Shown here: positions 38,454 to 49,200 of the stretch, in pieces
Layout of the letters: each line of letters begins with the position of its first letter
Position numbering within the stretch: position 1 is the stretch's first letter
NCBI GenBank assembly: GCA_965261395.1
Contig: OZ253462.1
Location: forward strand, 5,376,001 to 5,440,000
Source of the DNA: Candidatus Latescibacterota bacterium
Lineage (GTDB): Bacteria > Latescibacterota > UBA2968 > UBA8231
DNA length: 64,000 bases
Reading direction: 5' to 3'
Program-made: the position numbers and the translations under genes
Notes under the pieces: model-generated
The model's input: only the letters and a program-made list of their open reading frames with translations
The model's database searches: none
What the model was told of the DNA's origin: nothing

Positions 38454-38504
38454 AAAAAGATGGGGGCCGCTTACGTGAGCAGCCCCCATCTTTTTGTTTT
38501 TTTT
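38454..38504. terminator. Bidirectional intrinsic terminator
   Basis: Stem AAAAAGATGGGGGC/GCCCCCATCTTTTT with A and T tracts on both sides. Confidence 0.85.
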
Positions 38505-38510
38505 ACGCTT

Positions 38511-38561
38511 TCAGAATTGAGCGGATTGTAGGCGCGTGGAATCTGTGCTCAAATTTCCCAT
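38511..38561 (-). CDS. Putative 16-aa small ORF MGNLSTDSTRLQSAQF
   Basis: GGAG 7 nt upstream of the ATG; stop followed closely by the 38454 terminator. No family recognised. Confidence 0.3.
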   Translation of the reverse strand: MGNLSTDSTRLQSAQF

Positions 38562-38634
38562 AGGTAATCTCCATTTTCGGGATTAGAAAGTTTTTTTTAT
38601 TAGTTCTCTCTTAAAAAAGGGTTCGTCCGCTCCC

Positions 38635-38952
38635 GTGGAACATGGTAGCGACAACTCCCGCGATAAGGTGCCCACGGAGCTAATCCTCCCCAAGGGTCTC
38701 GACGCCGATTGGGCGTCTTTTTTGCAGGCTCGACTCGCAGGAGCCGAGGCGCACCACTGCGCCCAAGAGCCGTGGAGCAGTTGGATCCGATCCCGTCTCG
38801 CAGAGTTCGCCGAACCTCCTTTTCCCCACGTCTTCCTGCACGCCGACTTGACGGAGGATCACTTTCTGCTCACCAAGCGCGAAGACGGTTCCTGGTTCGT
38901 CTCCGGGATCATCGACTTTGGCGATGCCCGCATCGGTCATCCATTCTACGGG
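38635..38952 (+). pseudogene. Fragment of aminoglycoside phosphotransferase (APH)-like kinase
   Basis: HADLTEDHFL (Brenner-type motif) and IIDFGDA are present. N-lobe is absent and recognisable sequence ends near GHPFY. Confidence 0.6.
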
Positions 38953-39025
38953 AACAGATGTCCGGCTGGGCGATCTACCCCACCGTACGTCCTAGGACGC
39001 CTGTTCGTTTTTTGCTGCGTCACAA

Positions 39026-39454
39026 TTAGAGCAACTCGACCTTTTGTACACTACACATATGGCCGAAATCAATGCTATTGAATGTGAGCATTGCGTCTAT
39101 ACGGACATTGGTATCAGCAAGGATAGCGCAGAGAACAGCATCTACGAGACTCATAGCATTGCGTCGCGCTTTGGCCTGTGCAAACACATCTTCATACGCA
39201 TCGAGGCGATAGGGGGAATCATCTAGCAACACTGTATCATGGGCGCGAAGAATACTCTCGAACCGCACAATCATCTCTGGCCTTCGAATAAACCGCGTGT
39301 TGATAGTCTCGTACAGGATTGGCCACGGAATGACAACCGAGAGAGCTTCCAGCCAGTCTTGTTTTTCGCAGGCATCGGCATGATGCTGATCGCGTGGTTC
39401 GAAGAGCGCAAAGAAGAAACCCGAGTCCACTAAAAGCGTATTATTCCTGATCAT
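39026..39454 (-). CDS. PIN-domain (VapC-like) ribonuclease
   Basis: LLVDSGFFFAL, RDQHH, ILYE, SLVD, LTFN..DF. Start overlaps the upstream gene. Confidence 0.82.
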   Translation of the reverse strand: MIRNNTLLVDSGFFFALFEPRDQHHADACEKQDWLEALSVVIPWPILYETINTRFIRRPEMIVRFESILRAHDTVLLDDSPYRLDAYEDVFAQAKARRNAMSLVDAVLCAILADTNVRIDAMLTFNSIDFGHMCSVQKVELL

Positions 39455-39758
39455 CGCTGTCGGCCTCGTGCGTGCCGAAACCATCCCAAGGGGCGCTCTT
39501 GCGTCCGCCAATTATGAATCGGCCTCTCATTTTCTTGTCGTCTCTATAAATAATGTATATCCGCGCACGCTTGTTCAGCGAGACCGCGTCCTCTATCTCG
39601 GCCTTGAGCGACTCAAGCAAGTCTCCATCATAGGAAAACGAGAAATATGCCACGCTATTGCCGCATTCCTTTGCATTGTGATCATCGAGCCAAGCGTACA
39701 GGCTTTCGTAATCGCCTGTCACACCGAGGTCATAAGACATCCAAACAGTTCTCTTCAT
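39441..39758 (-). CDS. 105-aa hypothetical protein with Cas2/VapD-like N-terminal motif
   Basis: MKRTVWMSYDLG...YESLYAWL...ECGNSVA resembles the beta1-YDL / helix / 'Q.SV' pattern of ferredoxin-fold Cas2/VapD proteins. The fold call is tentative. Confidence 0.6.
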   Translation of the reverse strand: MKRTVWMSYDLGVTGDYESLYAWLDDHNAKECGNSVAYFSFSYDGDLLESLKAEIEDAVSLNKRARIYIIYRDDKKMRGRFIIGGRKSAPWDGFGTHEADSDDQE

Positions 39759-39783
39759 TTGCTCATTCTTTTCGCATAGGGAC

Positions 39784-40749
39784 TTACGTTTTCGCCGCCA
39801 TAATCTCGGCCGCCTCAATCTGATCCACTAGCGCGATCGAGTGGATCACGTCGCGGATGTCGGTGATCGGCTGCCGATTTTCAACCACGCAATCGACGAA
39901 GTGCTCGTGCATGGTCAAGACCCCCTCGTAGCGAGGCACGTCGTCTTCGGGCACGTCGTCGATTTCCCAGCCGCCGAGGGTGCGGACTTGGCTGTCCTCG
40001 TGGATTTCGATTTCATTGGGAATTTTCATGTAACAGCCAATGCCCACGCCGTGTAGCTCCGAGCGCAGCACCCGTCCGCCAGAGGCGCGGTTGCCGAACA
40101 TCACGCCGGTCGAGCGGTTGTCAAAGCGCACCAGCGCAGTGTAGTGGTCGAAGCCCTCACCGCCGAATTTGTCCTGATAGGCGGTAACTTCCACCGGCTC
40201 GCCACCGGCCATGTAGCGCAGCAGATCGACGATGTGGACCAGGTCGTTCCACAAGGTGGTGGTGAACTCGTCAGCGCGCTGCGGAAGCTGTTTGTTGAAG
40301 GTCGTCGTCGCCAGCGACACCGGGCCTTTGGCCGCAACCAGGCGCATGGCCTCGCGGGTGACAGCGGTATAGCGGCGTTGGAGACCGACCATCACCCAGA
40401 CGCCGTGGCGCTCGGCAGCCTCTAAAATCGCCCGGGTCTCGTCGCTGTTGGCCCCGGGCGGCTTTTCGATAAACAGGTGCTTGCCCGCGGCGATGCAGTC
40501 GAGGGCCGGCTGCAGGAGCCACTTCTCGTTCATCACGCAATAGACGATGTCCGGGTCGATCTCGTCGAGCATGGCGCGGTGGTCTTGGTACGTGCGCGTA
40601 AAGCCATACTTTGCGACCACTTGCTTGAGACGCTCCTCGTCCAACTCGCAAACCGCAGCCATCTCCACCCGGTCGGCGAGGCGATGGATCGATGGGTAGT
40701 GGGCGCTCTGGCCGCGGCCCCCCGCGCCGATAAATCCCGCTTTAAGCAT
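39784..40749 (-). CDS. Gfo/Idh/MocA oxidoreductase
   Basis: GFIGAGGRG, GKHLFIEKP, GLQRRY, VHIVDL. Confidence 0.9.
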   Translation of the reverse strand: MLKAGFIGAGGRGQSAHYPSIHRLADRVEMAAVCELDEERLKQVVAKYGFTRTYQDHRAMLDEIDPDIVYCVMNEKWLLQPALDCIAAGKHLFIEKPPGANSDETRAILEAAERHGVWVMVGLQRRYTAVTREAMRLVAAKGPVSLATTTFNKQLPQRADEFTTTLWNDLVHIVDLLRYMAGGEPVEVTAYQDKFGGEGFDHYTALVRFDNRSTGVMFGNRASGGRVLRSELHGVGIGCYMKIPNEIEIHEDSQVRTLGGWEIDDVPEDDVPRYEGVLTMHEHFVDCVVENRQPITDIRDVIHSIALVDQIEAAEIMAAKT

Positions 40750-41581
40750 GATCTTCCCCTTTCTGGCACAAAGCCGTAAAAAAGCGTACATCAATCCGCG
40801 CCAAGTCGATGACGCTTTCCACCGGCTCGCCGCTGTACTCGCTGTGGAAGCTGACCGGGCCGGCAAAGTCCAGCCGCTTCAAGGTCGCGATCACCGCAGG
40901 CCAATCGACAAAGCCCTGCCCCATCCGCACGACGCCACTGCCGGGTGCGCCCTGCTGGGTAATGCTCAAAGACCGCTGGCGGGCCAGATCCTTAAACGCG
41001 ACCAGACACAAGTGCGAGCGTACGATGTCGAGGGCCATAGCAATCGGCTCGCCGCACAGCGCCAAGTGCCCGGGGTCGGCGAAGACGCCCACGTATTGCG
41101 GGTCGCAATCCTTGACGATATTCATGGCGGCGCAGGCATTGAGGCCCATAGACGCGCCCGAATGATTGTGGATGGCGGTTTTGACGCCGTATTTTTCCGA
41201 CAGCGCTTGAAAGCCCTGCATAAAACCCCGCACCTCGTCTAACTGCGTCCAGTAAGCCACATCCGGCTCCCAGTGCCAATAGCCGAGCTTGACGTGGGCT
41301 ACGCCGGCTGCACCCAAGGCCGCGTAATACCTTTCCGCGTAGTCGAGGTCCGGGCGGTTGAAGTCACCCGGAGCCGTGACCAAGGGGATGCAAAGACCGG
41401 CGTCTGCAAAGTGGCGCGCAGCCTCCGGCAGGGCCGTGGCCACATTGTCGGGGTTGACCGGGTAGCCGTCGCGCACACACAGATCGGCTCCCTGCACACC
41501 CATGGCCTGCAAGGCGTCGATGATTTGCGGGACATCGAGGCCCTCTAAATGTTTAGTAAATGCGATATACGTCAGATCCAC
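40742..41581 (-). CDS. Sugar phosphate isomerase/epimerase (AP-endonuclease-2 TIM barrel)
   Basis: AAGGAG RBS, GTG start. IHNHSG, DPGH, AFKD, GQGFVDW, SFHSE. Confidence 0.85.
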   Translation of the reverse strand: MDLTYIAFTKHLEGLDVPQIIDALQAMGVQGADLCVRDGYPVNPDNVATALPEAARHFADAGLCIPLVTAPGDFNRPDLDYAERYYAALGAAGVAHVKLGYWHWEPDVAYWTQLDEVRGFMQGFQALSEKYGVKTAIHNHSGASMGLNACAAMNIVKDCDPQYVGVFADPGHLALCGEPIAMALDIVRSHLCLVAFKDLARQRSLSITQQGAPGSGVVRMGQGFVDWPAVIATLKRLDFAGPVSFHSEYSGEPVESVIDLARIDVRFFTALCQKGEDHA

Positions 41582-41678
41582 GATGCGTGCTCCTTTCTCT
41601 ATATTTGTTTGACAAAGCGTGGTAAGGGTATCAAAATATCGGCTACATGCCAACGAATTAAACGGAGCAAGTCGAATT

Positions 41679-42611
41679 ATGGAAGCAATCAAAATGAATC
41701 CCAGCCCGGCGATTGAGGTCCCCAAGCCGCTCACCGCCGCCCAAGTGCAGTCCTTTATCGACGACGGCTATCTCGTCGTGCCGGGCCTGATGGAAGACGC
41801 CGAACTCGCCGAACTCAAACGCGACCTCGTGGACGTGGCGCGCGGCCGCTACGAGTGCGACAACATCGAGCCGGTCGATCCCACCCTCAGCGACCAAGCG
41901 GTGCTGGAAAGCATCCTCTGCATCCACCAGCCGCACTACGTCAGTCCAGTGATCGAAAGGTACGTCCGCCACCCCAAGATATGCGGTGCCCTGAGCCAGA
42001 TCACGGCCGCGCACCTGCCCTTTTGGGACGGCAGCGTCAAGTGCATGCAGTCCATGTACTTCGTCAAGCCGCCCAACTTCCAGGGGCAGGCTTGGCACCA
42101 AGACGAAATCTACATCCCCACGCGGGATCGCTCGCTGATCGGCGCGTGGACCGCCGTGGACGACGCCACCGTAGAAAACGGCTGCCTGTACGTCATTCCG
42201 GGGTCGCACCGGCCCGGCTACCTCTACCCGCAGCGGCCCCACGAAAACCCGGACGAGTTCGACTTCGCGCCCGAGAGCTACGGCTTTGACGAGAGCGTCG
42301 AGATTCCGGTTGAAGTGGAGGCCGGTGCCCTCGTGTTCTTCAACGGCTACCTCCTCCACCACTCGTACAAAAACCGCGGCGACACCTATCGCCGCGTCTT
42401 GGTCAACCACTACTGCAACTCTTGGAGCCTGTTGCCCTGGAGCCTTGAAGAGGGCGAGTCACCGGCCAAGGCCGATCGGCGCAACATCGTGCCTGTGGCC
42501 GGCATCGACCCCTATGCCTGGAAGGGCTATAAAACGCCAGCCAAGTCCGTGGGGCTGCGGCACTGCAAGGCCATCGACGAGGTCAACGCCGCCCACGAGG
42601 AGCACGCATGA
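41679..42611 (+). CDS. Phytanoyl-CoA dioxygenase (PhyH) family Fe/2OG oxygenase
   Basis: FIDDGYLVV, WHQD, DDATVENGCL..IPGSH, LHHS..N...RR. Confidence 0.9.
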   Translation: MEAIKMNPSPAIEVPKPLTAAQVQSFIDDGYLVVPGLMEDAELAELKRDLVDVARGRYECDNIEPVDPTLSDQAVLESILCIHQPHYVSPVIERYVRHPKICGALSQITAAHLPFWDGSVKCMQSMYFVKPPNFQGQAWHQDEIYIPTRDRSLIGAWTAVDDATVENGCLYVIPGSHRPGYLYPQRPHENPDEFDFAPESYGFDESVEIPVEVEAGALVFFNGYLLHHSYKNRGDTYRRVLVNHYCNSWSLLPWSLEEGESPAKADRRNIVPVAGIDPYAWKGYKTPAKSVGLRHCKAIDEVNAAHEEHA

Positions 42612-42682
42612 AAATCGGCTACTCTACTTGGGGGATGGAGAAGATGTCCGGCACCCCGACCAGCATCCGACCAAACGAGTAG
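42608..42682 (+). pseudogene. N-terminal stub of a probable sugar phosphate isomerase/epimerase
   Basis: GAGGAG RBS and ATGA overlap with the PhyH stop. MKIGYSTWGM resembles TIM-barrel isomerase N-termini. Stops after 24 codons. Confidence 0.45.
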
Positions 42683-42686
42683 GTTG

Positions 42687-43892
42687 ATGTTCGATACTAG
42701 GGATCAGATTCTGAACCAACTCCGCGCCGGTGAAGACGGCCGCGCCGAGTTCAAAGAAGTGCGCTTCGGGGATCGAGGCGTGCTAGCCCCCAATACTCAA
42801 GAACTGGCCGGCGAACTCGTTGCGTTTGCCAACGCCGCAGGCGGCGGCGTATTCCTTGGCGTTGACGATTCGGGTGCCGTGCGCGGAATTCCGCTGGAGC
42901 AAGTAGATATGGTCGAGCACTGGTTGCTCAACGTCGCGACCCACAACTGCGATCCACCGATCCGGCTCGTCATCCGCAAAGCACTGCTGCCGGGTGCTGA
43001 AGGAGCCGAGGAGCGCGTTCTTCTGGCGGAGGTGCCGCGTGGTCTGTATGTACACCGCACATCAGGCGGGCGTTACTATACACGAATCGGGTCCACCAAA
43101 CAGGATCTCACGCCCCCGGAACTCGCCCGGCTTTTCCAACAGCGAGGCCGCGAGTACGTGTTTGACGAGCAGCCCGTACTCGCCGCAACAGTAGAAGACC
43201 TCAACCGCAATCGACTCGAAGCATTTTTCGGACGCTCGCCGACCATCCCTTGGCTCGACTTACTGCGCAACACTCGGGTGATATTTCAAGATGAGGACGG
43301 GATGGACCGGCCGACCGTCGCCGGCTTGCTGGTCTTCGCGACCGAGCCGACCGAGTTCTTGGCATCTGGGGCCATTGAAGCCGCGTGCTACCGTGGAACT
43401 CGTTTGTCCTCGGACGATCTGATCCACGCCGAGCGGCTCGCCGGCCCGGTGTCCGATCAGATCGACGCCGGAATCGCCTTCGTCGCCCGTTTCATGCAAA
43501 CAGGAGACTCCCTCCAGTACGATATCGATGTCGTTGACGAGGCCATCGTCAACGCGGTTGCCCACCGCGACTACGCCATTGCCGGGTCGAAAATCCGCCT
43601 GTTCCTGTTCGCCGACCGGCTGGAGTTGTACAGCCCCGGCAAATTGCCCAACACCATCACGATCGACGATATGGCCTACCGCACGTTCACCCGCAATCAG
43701 CTCTTGGTCAACTTCCTGTCGAGGATTCGCAGCAAGCGCACCGGTCAGGTATTCCTCGAATCGCGTGGCGAAGGTGTGCGGAAGATTCTGGAGGATGGCG
43801 AAGCGCACTCGGGCCGACACCCAAAGTATGAGCTATTCGGCGATGAGCTTCGATTGACGTTGTGGGCCAAGGGCGCGCCAGCGGCCGACTGA
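42687..43892 (+). CDS. Schlafen/AlbA_2 + HATPase_c_4 protein, lacking a C-terminal HTH
   Basis: GEDGRAEFKE, VAFANAAGG.VFLGVDD, YYTRIGS; EAIVNAVAHRDY, DRLELYSPG, ESRGEGV. Confidence 0.85.
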   Translation: MFDTRDQILNQLRAGEDGRAEFKEVRFGDRGVLAPNTQELAGELVAFANAAGGGVFLGVDDSGAVRGIPLEQVDMVEHWLLNVATHNCDPPIRLVIRKALLPGAEGAEERVLLAEVPRGLYVHRTSGGRYYTRIGSTKQDLTPPELARLFQQRGREYVFDEQPVLAATVEDLNRNRLEAFFGRSPTIPWLDLLRNTRVIFQDEDGMDRPTVAGLLVFATEPTEFLASGAIEAACYRGTRLSSDDLIHAERLAGPVSDQIDAGIAFVARFMQTGDSLQYDIDVVDEAIVNAVAHRDYAIAGSKIRLFLFADRLELYSPGKLPNTITIDDMAYRTFTRNQLLVNFLSRIRSKRTGQVFLESRGEGVRKILEDGEAHSGRHPKYELFGDELRLTLWAKGAPAAD

Positions 43893-43958
43893 TCTTCTGG
43901 TGCCGACCGAGGGATCCGAAAGATATCCTGTTGCAATGGCGTGCCGATTGAGGCACTA

Positions 43959-45995
43959 CTATCGGCTTTGGCCAGCACCGCCGCGCTTATTCCGTCGTGC
44001 CCTTAGGCGATGCCTGCGGTGGCGATAGTTGGCCAAATCCTTGGCGAAACTCGACTCATCAGGTAGTAACTCCTGAGCCTTTTGAAAGGCGGACTCCACT
44101 TCACTACTGGAGGCATGGAGCCAGTCGAGGGTGCGGGCAAGTTCGCGCCACGCCCAAGCATGGCGATCGGGAGAGGCGTCTATCTGAATTATGCGCTCCA
44201 GCAATTCCCGGGCTTCGATGAGAAGACGCCGGTTCACTCCCTGCCACGATGGCTTTCTTTTTTTTTTGACCTGTTGCGCCAGTTCCATTTTAGTCTGAGC
44301 AAATTCAAGAAGCGCACGAGAATCACCCAATACCACATCGCCCGCTTGCTCGAAATAAAGATGCGCGGCCTGCGGACCGCGCAAACGGCGCGCCAGAATG
44401 GCCGTGGCGATGGCGTCCTGCGCTGAGACGACTTCGGACAGACCGCTGAGCAGACGCCGTGCATCGTCTTCTCTCCCATCCGTCAGAAGCGTCTCTATCA
44501 GCGTATTCGCTACGTTAGCGATAGCAATCCGTGGCCCTCGCTCACGGAATCTGGCAAACACGGCTTCAGCATCTTCCAATTGGCCTTGAGCCGCATATAG
44601 GCGAATCATCTCGATCGCCAGAACCGCGGACTCTTCGTTTGCCTCCCAAGCTCTCTGCACTCGCTCGAAAGCCTCTCTCGTACTCCCAACGGTGCTGAGA
44701 TAGGCTGCATCCTGTATGGCTGAAACAGCGGCGTACTCTGGATGAGCTGGTAGTGTTGCCCGGAAATAGGTTCGACTGGCATCAAAATCGAACTTTGGGG
44801 TCGGTGATCCGTTTTGCTTCATCGCGTCGTAGATTTGCGGCAAGCCCGTCAGGCGTCCCTCTGCAAGTTTGAGTTCCTTGAGGAACTCACCGATTCGCCG
44901 GTTGCGGGCTGGAACGGGCGGTACGGAGCCGCCCGGCGCTAGATGGTTCTCGTCAATACCGGAAACCGGGCCGGGATAGCTGATCACCTCAATACGGTCA
45001 GGATAGAGATACACCTTGGTCGGCTCGACGATGTCCCTATCATAACCTCGATGATAGACGGCGTTGACGAGCGCCTCCCGCAAGGCGATTTGTGGATAGC
45101 TGACCCATCCCCGCACTTGGCTGCGATCGCGCTCCTTCTGTAGGTGGGCGTGGAAAAAGCTCTCTAGGTAGTTCAGGCAGCCTCTCACCTGATCAGCAAG
45201 CGGGCCGCGAAAGAAACGCTCGGCCTGCACGCTCCCTGCACGACCCCCTGCAAACTGGACCACTTCGATTTTTGCACCGGCGAACCAACGCTCAGGATCT
45301 TCAGAAAAGAACAGCAAGGCGACGTTGCGAGGTGCCTCGTGGTCATTGACGGCTTTGGTTAGACGCATTCTCCGGTAGATTTCGAGGGAGTCCAGTTGAT
45401 GGTTGGGGCTGATGAGGCCACTTCCCACGTCGTGCAAGTGCTCCCGCACTTTGCCTTCGCGCAGATCCTCAACTTGCGCATCCAATGCCAGCCGATCATC
45501 CCAGGGAACACGGGCTGTTTGTTCAAGGAGCATTCCCAATTGGCCGCTCTTTTCGGCATCAACGGTAGCAGCTCCCACCCGTATCCAATACTTCCAGTTT
45601 CCCTCCGCATCCGGTGCGCGGTGCGGTCGGTTTTCGCTCGCCGGTACCCATACGACGAGGATGTGACGATCCTCTACCAATTCGGGAGAAAATATGGGGT
45701 CGTAAGATGGGTTCATGGCCTTGCATCGGCCACGCAGCCAGTTCTCCGCCCGCTCCATATCTTCGGCTCCAAGTCCGGCAGGTGGCAGAACAGCTCGACC
45801 ATCCTGTTCGGCGACACCGAGGACGACATAACCACCGTTCAGATTCTGGTGGTCGTTTGCGAACGCGCAAACGGTTTTTAGGACCTGGCTTCCCGTGGTT
45901 CGCTCATTCCAGCTTGCCTTGAACTCCACACGGGCCGATTCCACGGAGCGTTGGTGCAGAAGGTCATCGAGGTTGACGGAAAGGATGGTACTCAT
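43959..45995 (-). CDS. Schlafen/AlbA_2 + HATPase_c_4 protein with TPR-like C-terminus
   Basis: ESARVEFKA, CAFAND..GGYVVLGV; REALVNAVYHRGY, PDRIEVISYPG, RNRRIGEFLKEL; helical-repeat C-terminal third. Confidence 0.85.
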   Translation of the reverse strand: MSTILSVNLDDLLHQRSVESARVEFKASWNERTTGSQVLKTVCAFANDHQNLNGGYVVLGVAEQDGRAVLPPAGLGAEDMERAENWLRGRCKAMNPSYDPIFSPELVEDRHILVVWVPASENRPHRAPDAEGNWKYWIRVGAATVDAEKSGQLGMLLEQTARVPWDDRLALDAQVEDLREGKVREHLHDVGSGLISPNHQLDSLEIYRRMRLTKAVNDHEAPRNVALLFFSEDPERWFAGAKIEVVQFAGGRAGSVQAERFFRGPLADQVRGCLNYLESFFHAHLQKERDRSQVRGWVSYPQIALREALVNAVYHRGYDRDIVEPTKVYLYPDRIEVISYPGPVSGIDENHLAPGGSVPPVPARNRRIGEFLKELKLAEGRLTGLPQIYDAMKQNGSPTPKFDFDASRTYFRATLPAHPEYAAVSAIQDAAYLSTVGSTREAFERVQRAWEANEESAVLAIEMIRLYAAQGQLEDAEAVFARFRERGPRIAIANVANTLIETLLTDGREDDARRLLSGLSEVVSAQDAIATAILARRLRGPQAAHLYFEQAGDVVLGDSRALLEFAQTKMELAQQVKKKRKPSWQGVNRRLLIEARELLERIIQIDASPDRHAWAWRELARTLDWLHASSSEVESAFQKAQELLPDESSFAKDLANYRHRRHRLRARRNKRGGAGQSR

Positions 45996-46229
45996 TGAGA
46001 AGACATCCCTTTACGCGGGTTGGCGTCGCTATACATTTGTATAAAAAGATAATATGTCAGCGTCTAAGAGGCGCAAGTTTGACGACATAGCCCCTAGGAA
46101 TCTTGTACTATGTCAAGAATACAAAGCATTATACATAAAAGCTAAAAAGATAAATCAACTAAGGACCATTATTTATTGAAGTTTTTGCTTGGCCTATACC
46201 ATGATACCTCTTATTAAGAGTTTTAATTA

Positions 46230-49200
46230 ATGGCCCTGAACCCCATCGCCTACACTGAAAACGTCCTCAAGAGCTTCCTGCGCTACCAACTCACCGCGTA
46301 CCCTTTCGCGGATCAGCACCTACACGAGCAGATGCGCGAGCTTCTCTCTTTGAACAAAACTCGCCAATCGCCTCTCTTCAAAGGCCCCTACATCAGTCTT
46401 TCTCGCCCATTTCGACAAGGAGCGCCGATAGACGATCTCATCGGCGCAGGGTTGCTGCATCCGCATCTGCGCGAACGCATTCTGCGGGAAATCACCCATC
46501 TGTACAGCCACCAAGAGGCGGCGATTCGCTCCGTCGAAAGCGGTGGAGCGACGCTGGTTTCCACCGGCACCGGCTCCGGTAAGACGGAGTGCTTTCTCTA
46601 CCCCATTGTCAGCAAGTGTCTGCATTTGCGCGACGAAGGCGCGCCATCGGGCATCGCCGCGATCATAGTCTATCCGATGAATGCGCTGGCAGAAGATCAG
46701 TTAATGAGGCTCCGGTCGTTACTGGCAGGCACAGGCATCACGTTTGGGATGTATGTGGGCAAAACGCCGGAGTGGGAGAAGGATGTGGCCGGAGTGCGAC
46801 TGTCGGCGGGAGCGTCTCGGGCAGACTACGAAGCGCGGCTGGAACGCATCCGGGGCGAAGGCAGCGGCGAAACCGTCTATCCGGCGGAAGAGGTTTGTTC
46901 ACGCGAGGTGATGCGTACGCCCGGGCGGCAACCGCGCATTCTGCTTACCAACGTCAAGCAGTTGGAACTGTTGCTCACCCGGCAAACGGACGTGGAATTG
47001 TTCGCGGGGGCGCAGTTGCACCATCTGGTATTCGACGAAGCCCATACCTTCACCGGCGCGCTGGGCGCGGAGACAGCCTGCCTGATCCGCCGTCTGCGTG
47101 CGTTTTGCGGGCAGGGTACGGACGATACCGCCTGCATCGCCACATCGGCCACCATCGTCGATGTTCTGCGACCCGAAGCGGCGATAAACTTTGCTGCACG
47201 CTTCTTCGGTGTCGCGGAAGAAGCCGTAACAACGGTAGACGAAAACTACGAGAAGGAAGTGTGGGATGGCGTGCGTACGCTTCCCGCGCCACCGGCCGGG
47301 GATGCCGCCGAGCTGCTGGACCGCTGCGTTCAAGCAGTCGATGACGAGAAAGATCCAAACTCAGCCGTGCGCGCTGCCTATCGCGCTCTCGCCGGAGAAG
47401 ACTTGGGTGCCGGCAAGTGGCCGGAGGCACTGCACGAGGCCCTTTCCCGCAATGAGCTGGTGTACCTACTAAACGAAGAGTTGGCGTCCCCGAAAGCCCT
47501 CGACGCGCTTCCGGTAGCATTGCAGGAACGCATTGGGCGCACCGTCGCGGAAGCGGAAATCCTCGCCTGGCTGGCGCTTGGTGCCGCTGCCCGACGAGAC
47601 GGACGGCCCCTGTTGCGCCCGGTGGTACATGCGTTCGTTCGCGGAATCAGCGGCGCGGTGGTGACTTTTCCTGAAGACTGTGAAGGGCCAAAATTGTGGC
47701 TAGCGGCGGAGGATGAATGCGAACCGACGGCCTCACATGCCCACTTTCCCGTAACCACCTGCACGACCTGCGGGCAACACTACTTTGTCACTTTCCTCAA
47801 GGATTTCTCTTTTACCGGCAAAGAGCCTAGCGGCGGCGAAGCGGGGCCGGACGGCCCATATTGGCCACCTCTGGAAGAACCACACGGCGGCAAACGCGTA
47901 GTGCTGGTAGACAGGCTCATTGGCAGCAGCGACGATGATGATGATGGGCCAATCGAACGTACCGCCGCGTTGCATTTTTGCCGCTCTTGCGGTGCCGCCC
48001 ATCCCGATGACTTCTCGTACTGCCGCGCCTGCGGAGTGCCTGCAGGTGCAGTAGAACTTCATGCGGTGCGCTCGAACAACAAGAACTATCCCGGTTATAT
48101 CACTAGCTGTTTGTCCTGCGGTGCACAGGGACGGACCGGCATTCAGTACCGCGAACCGGCTCGACCCGTGCGAGCCATCAATGTCGCCGATGTCCATGTG
48201 CTGACACAGGACATGGTGCATCACTCGGAGCGTCCCCGGTTGCTCGTGTTCTGTGACAACCGCCAAGACGCCGCGTTTCAGGCCGGCTGGATGAAGGATC
48301 ATGCACGGCGTTTCCGGCTGCGGGCGCTGATGGCGGAAGGCATACAAGAGACCCCTCGCTCCATTGGCGACCTGACGGCTTTTCTGGATGCAACACTAGA
48401 GCAGGACGAGGCACTGTCCCGGGCACTGATCCCAGAGGTCTGGCAAGTTGCGCGGAAAGAAGGCCCAGGTGGGCAGCACGCCCAAGAACGCCGCAAGTTT
48501 CTGCGCATCCAGGTATTGCGCGAGGTGACGCTGTCATCCCGGCAGGCACTGGGCTTGGAGCCTTGGGGACGCCTGAAGGTGGACTACTACGGCTTGGACG
48601 CCTCGTTGCCGTGGATTCAGGAACTTGCCCATCGGTTGGCATTGCCGCCGGATGAACTGTGCGAGGGCGTCGCCGTAGCGCTCGACTACCTGCGCCGCAA
48701 ACGCGTCCTGTACGACCCGGAGCAGCCAATTTTCACGCGCTACTGGCAAGATGGCGACCGGGAGATACAACAAGGCTACCTGCCGGACTTCTACAACCCC
48801 GTCGCTACCAAGCTGCAACGCAGTGCCTTCGATAAGCAGCAGTTGGTGACACAATGGCTAAGCAATGGCGGCGACACCACCATGAGACAAATGGCGCGTA
48901 AATGGGGTGCTGAGGCCGAGGCCATTCCGGCGTTGCTTACTGGCCTGTTCGAGTTCCTCGTCGAACAGAAGCTGTTGACGCCAGTAACGCTTAAAGGATC
49001 GAGGGGCCGTGCGGTGCCGGGTGCCAGTGAGGTGTACCAAGTCAACGCCGATCTGCTGCGCCTGAGCCCCAACAAGGGCGCGTGGCGGTGCGAACGCTGT
49101 CGGCGAACTACCACGCGCCGCCCTCCCGGTGATCGCTGTCCGGCATGGCGTTGCTATGGGGTACTGGCCTGGATTGCCGAGGACGAGGACGACTACAACT

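Noticed and set aside
38635-39081. Functional aminoglycoside resistance kinase
   Set aside because: Only the catalytic-loop fragment remains; the N-lobe is missing and the tail runs antisense into the PIN gene.
39441-39758. CRISPR-Cas locus suggested by the Cas2-like gene
   Set aside because: No repeat-spacer array, cas1 or other cas genes were seen in the window.
46084-46114. GACATAG/CTATGTC inverted repeat as an operator in the divergent promoter
   Set aside because: Seven-bp arms with a 17-nt gap are too weak to support without comparative data.
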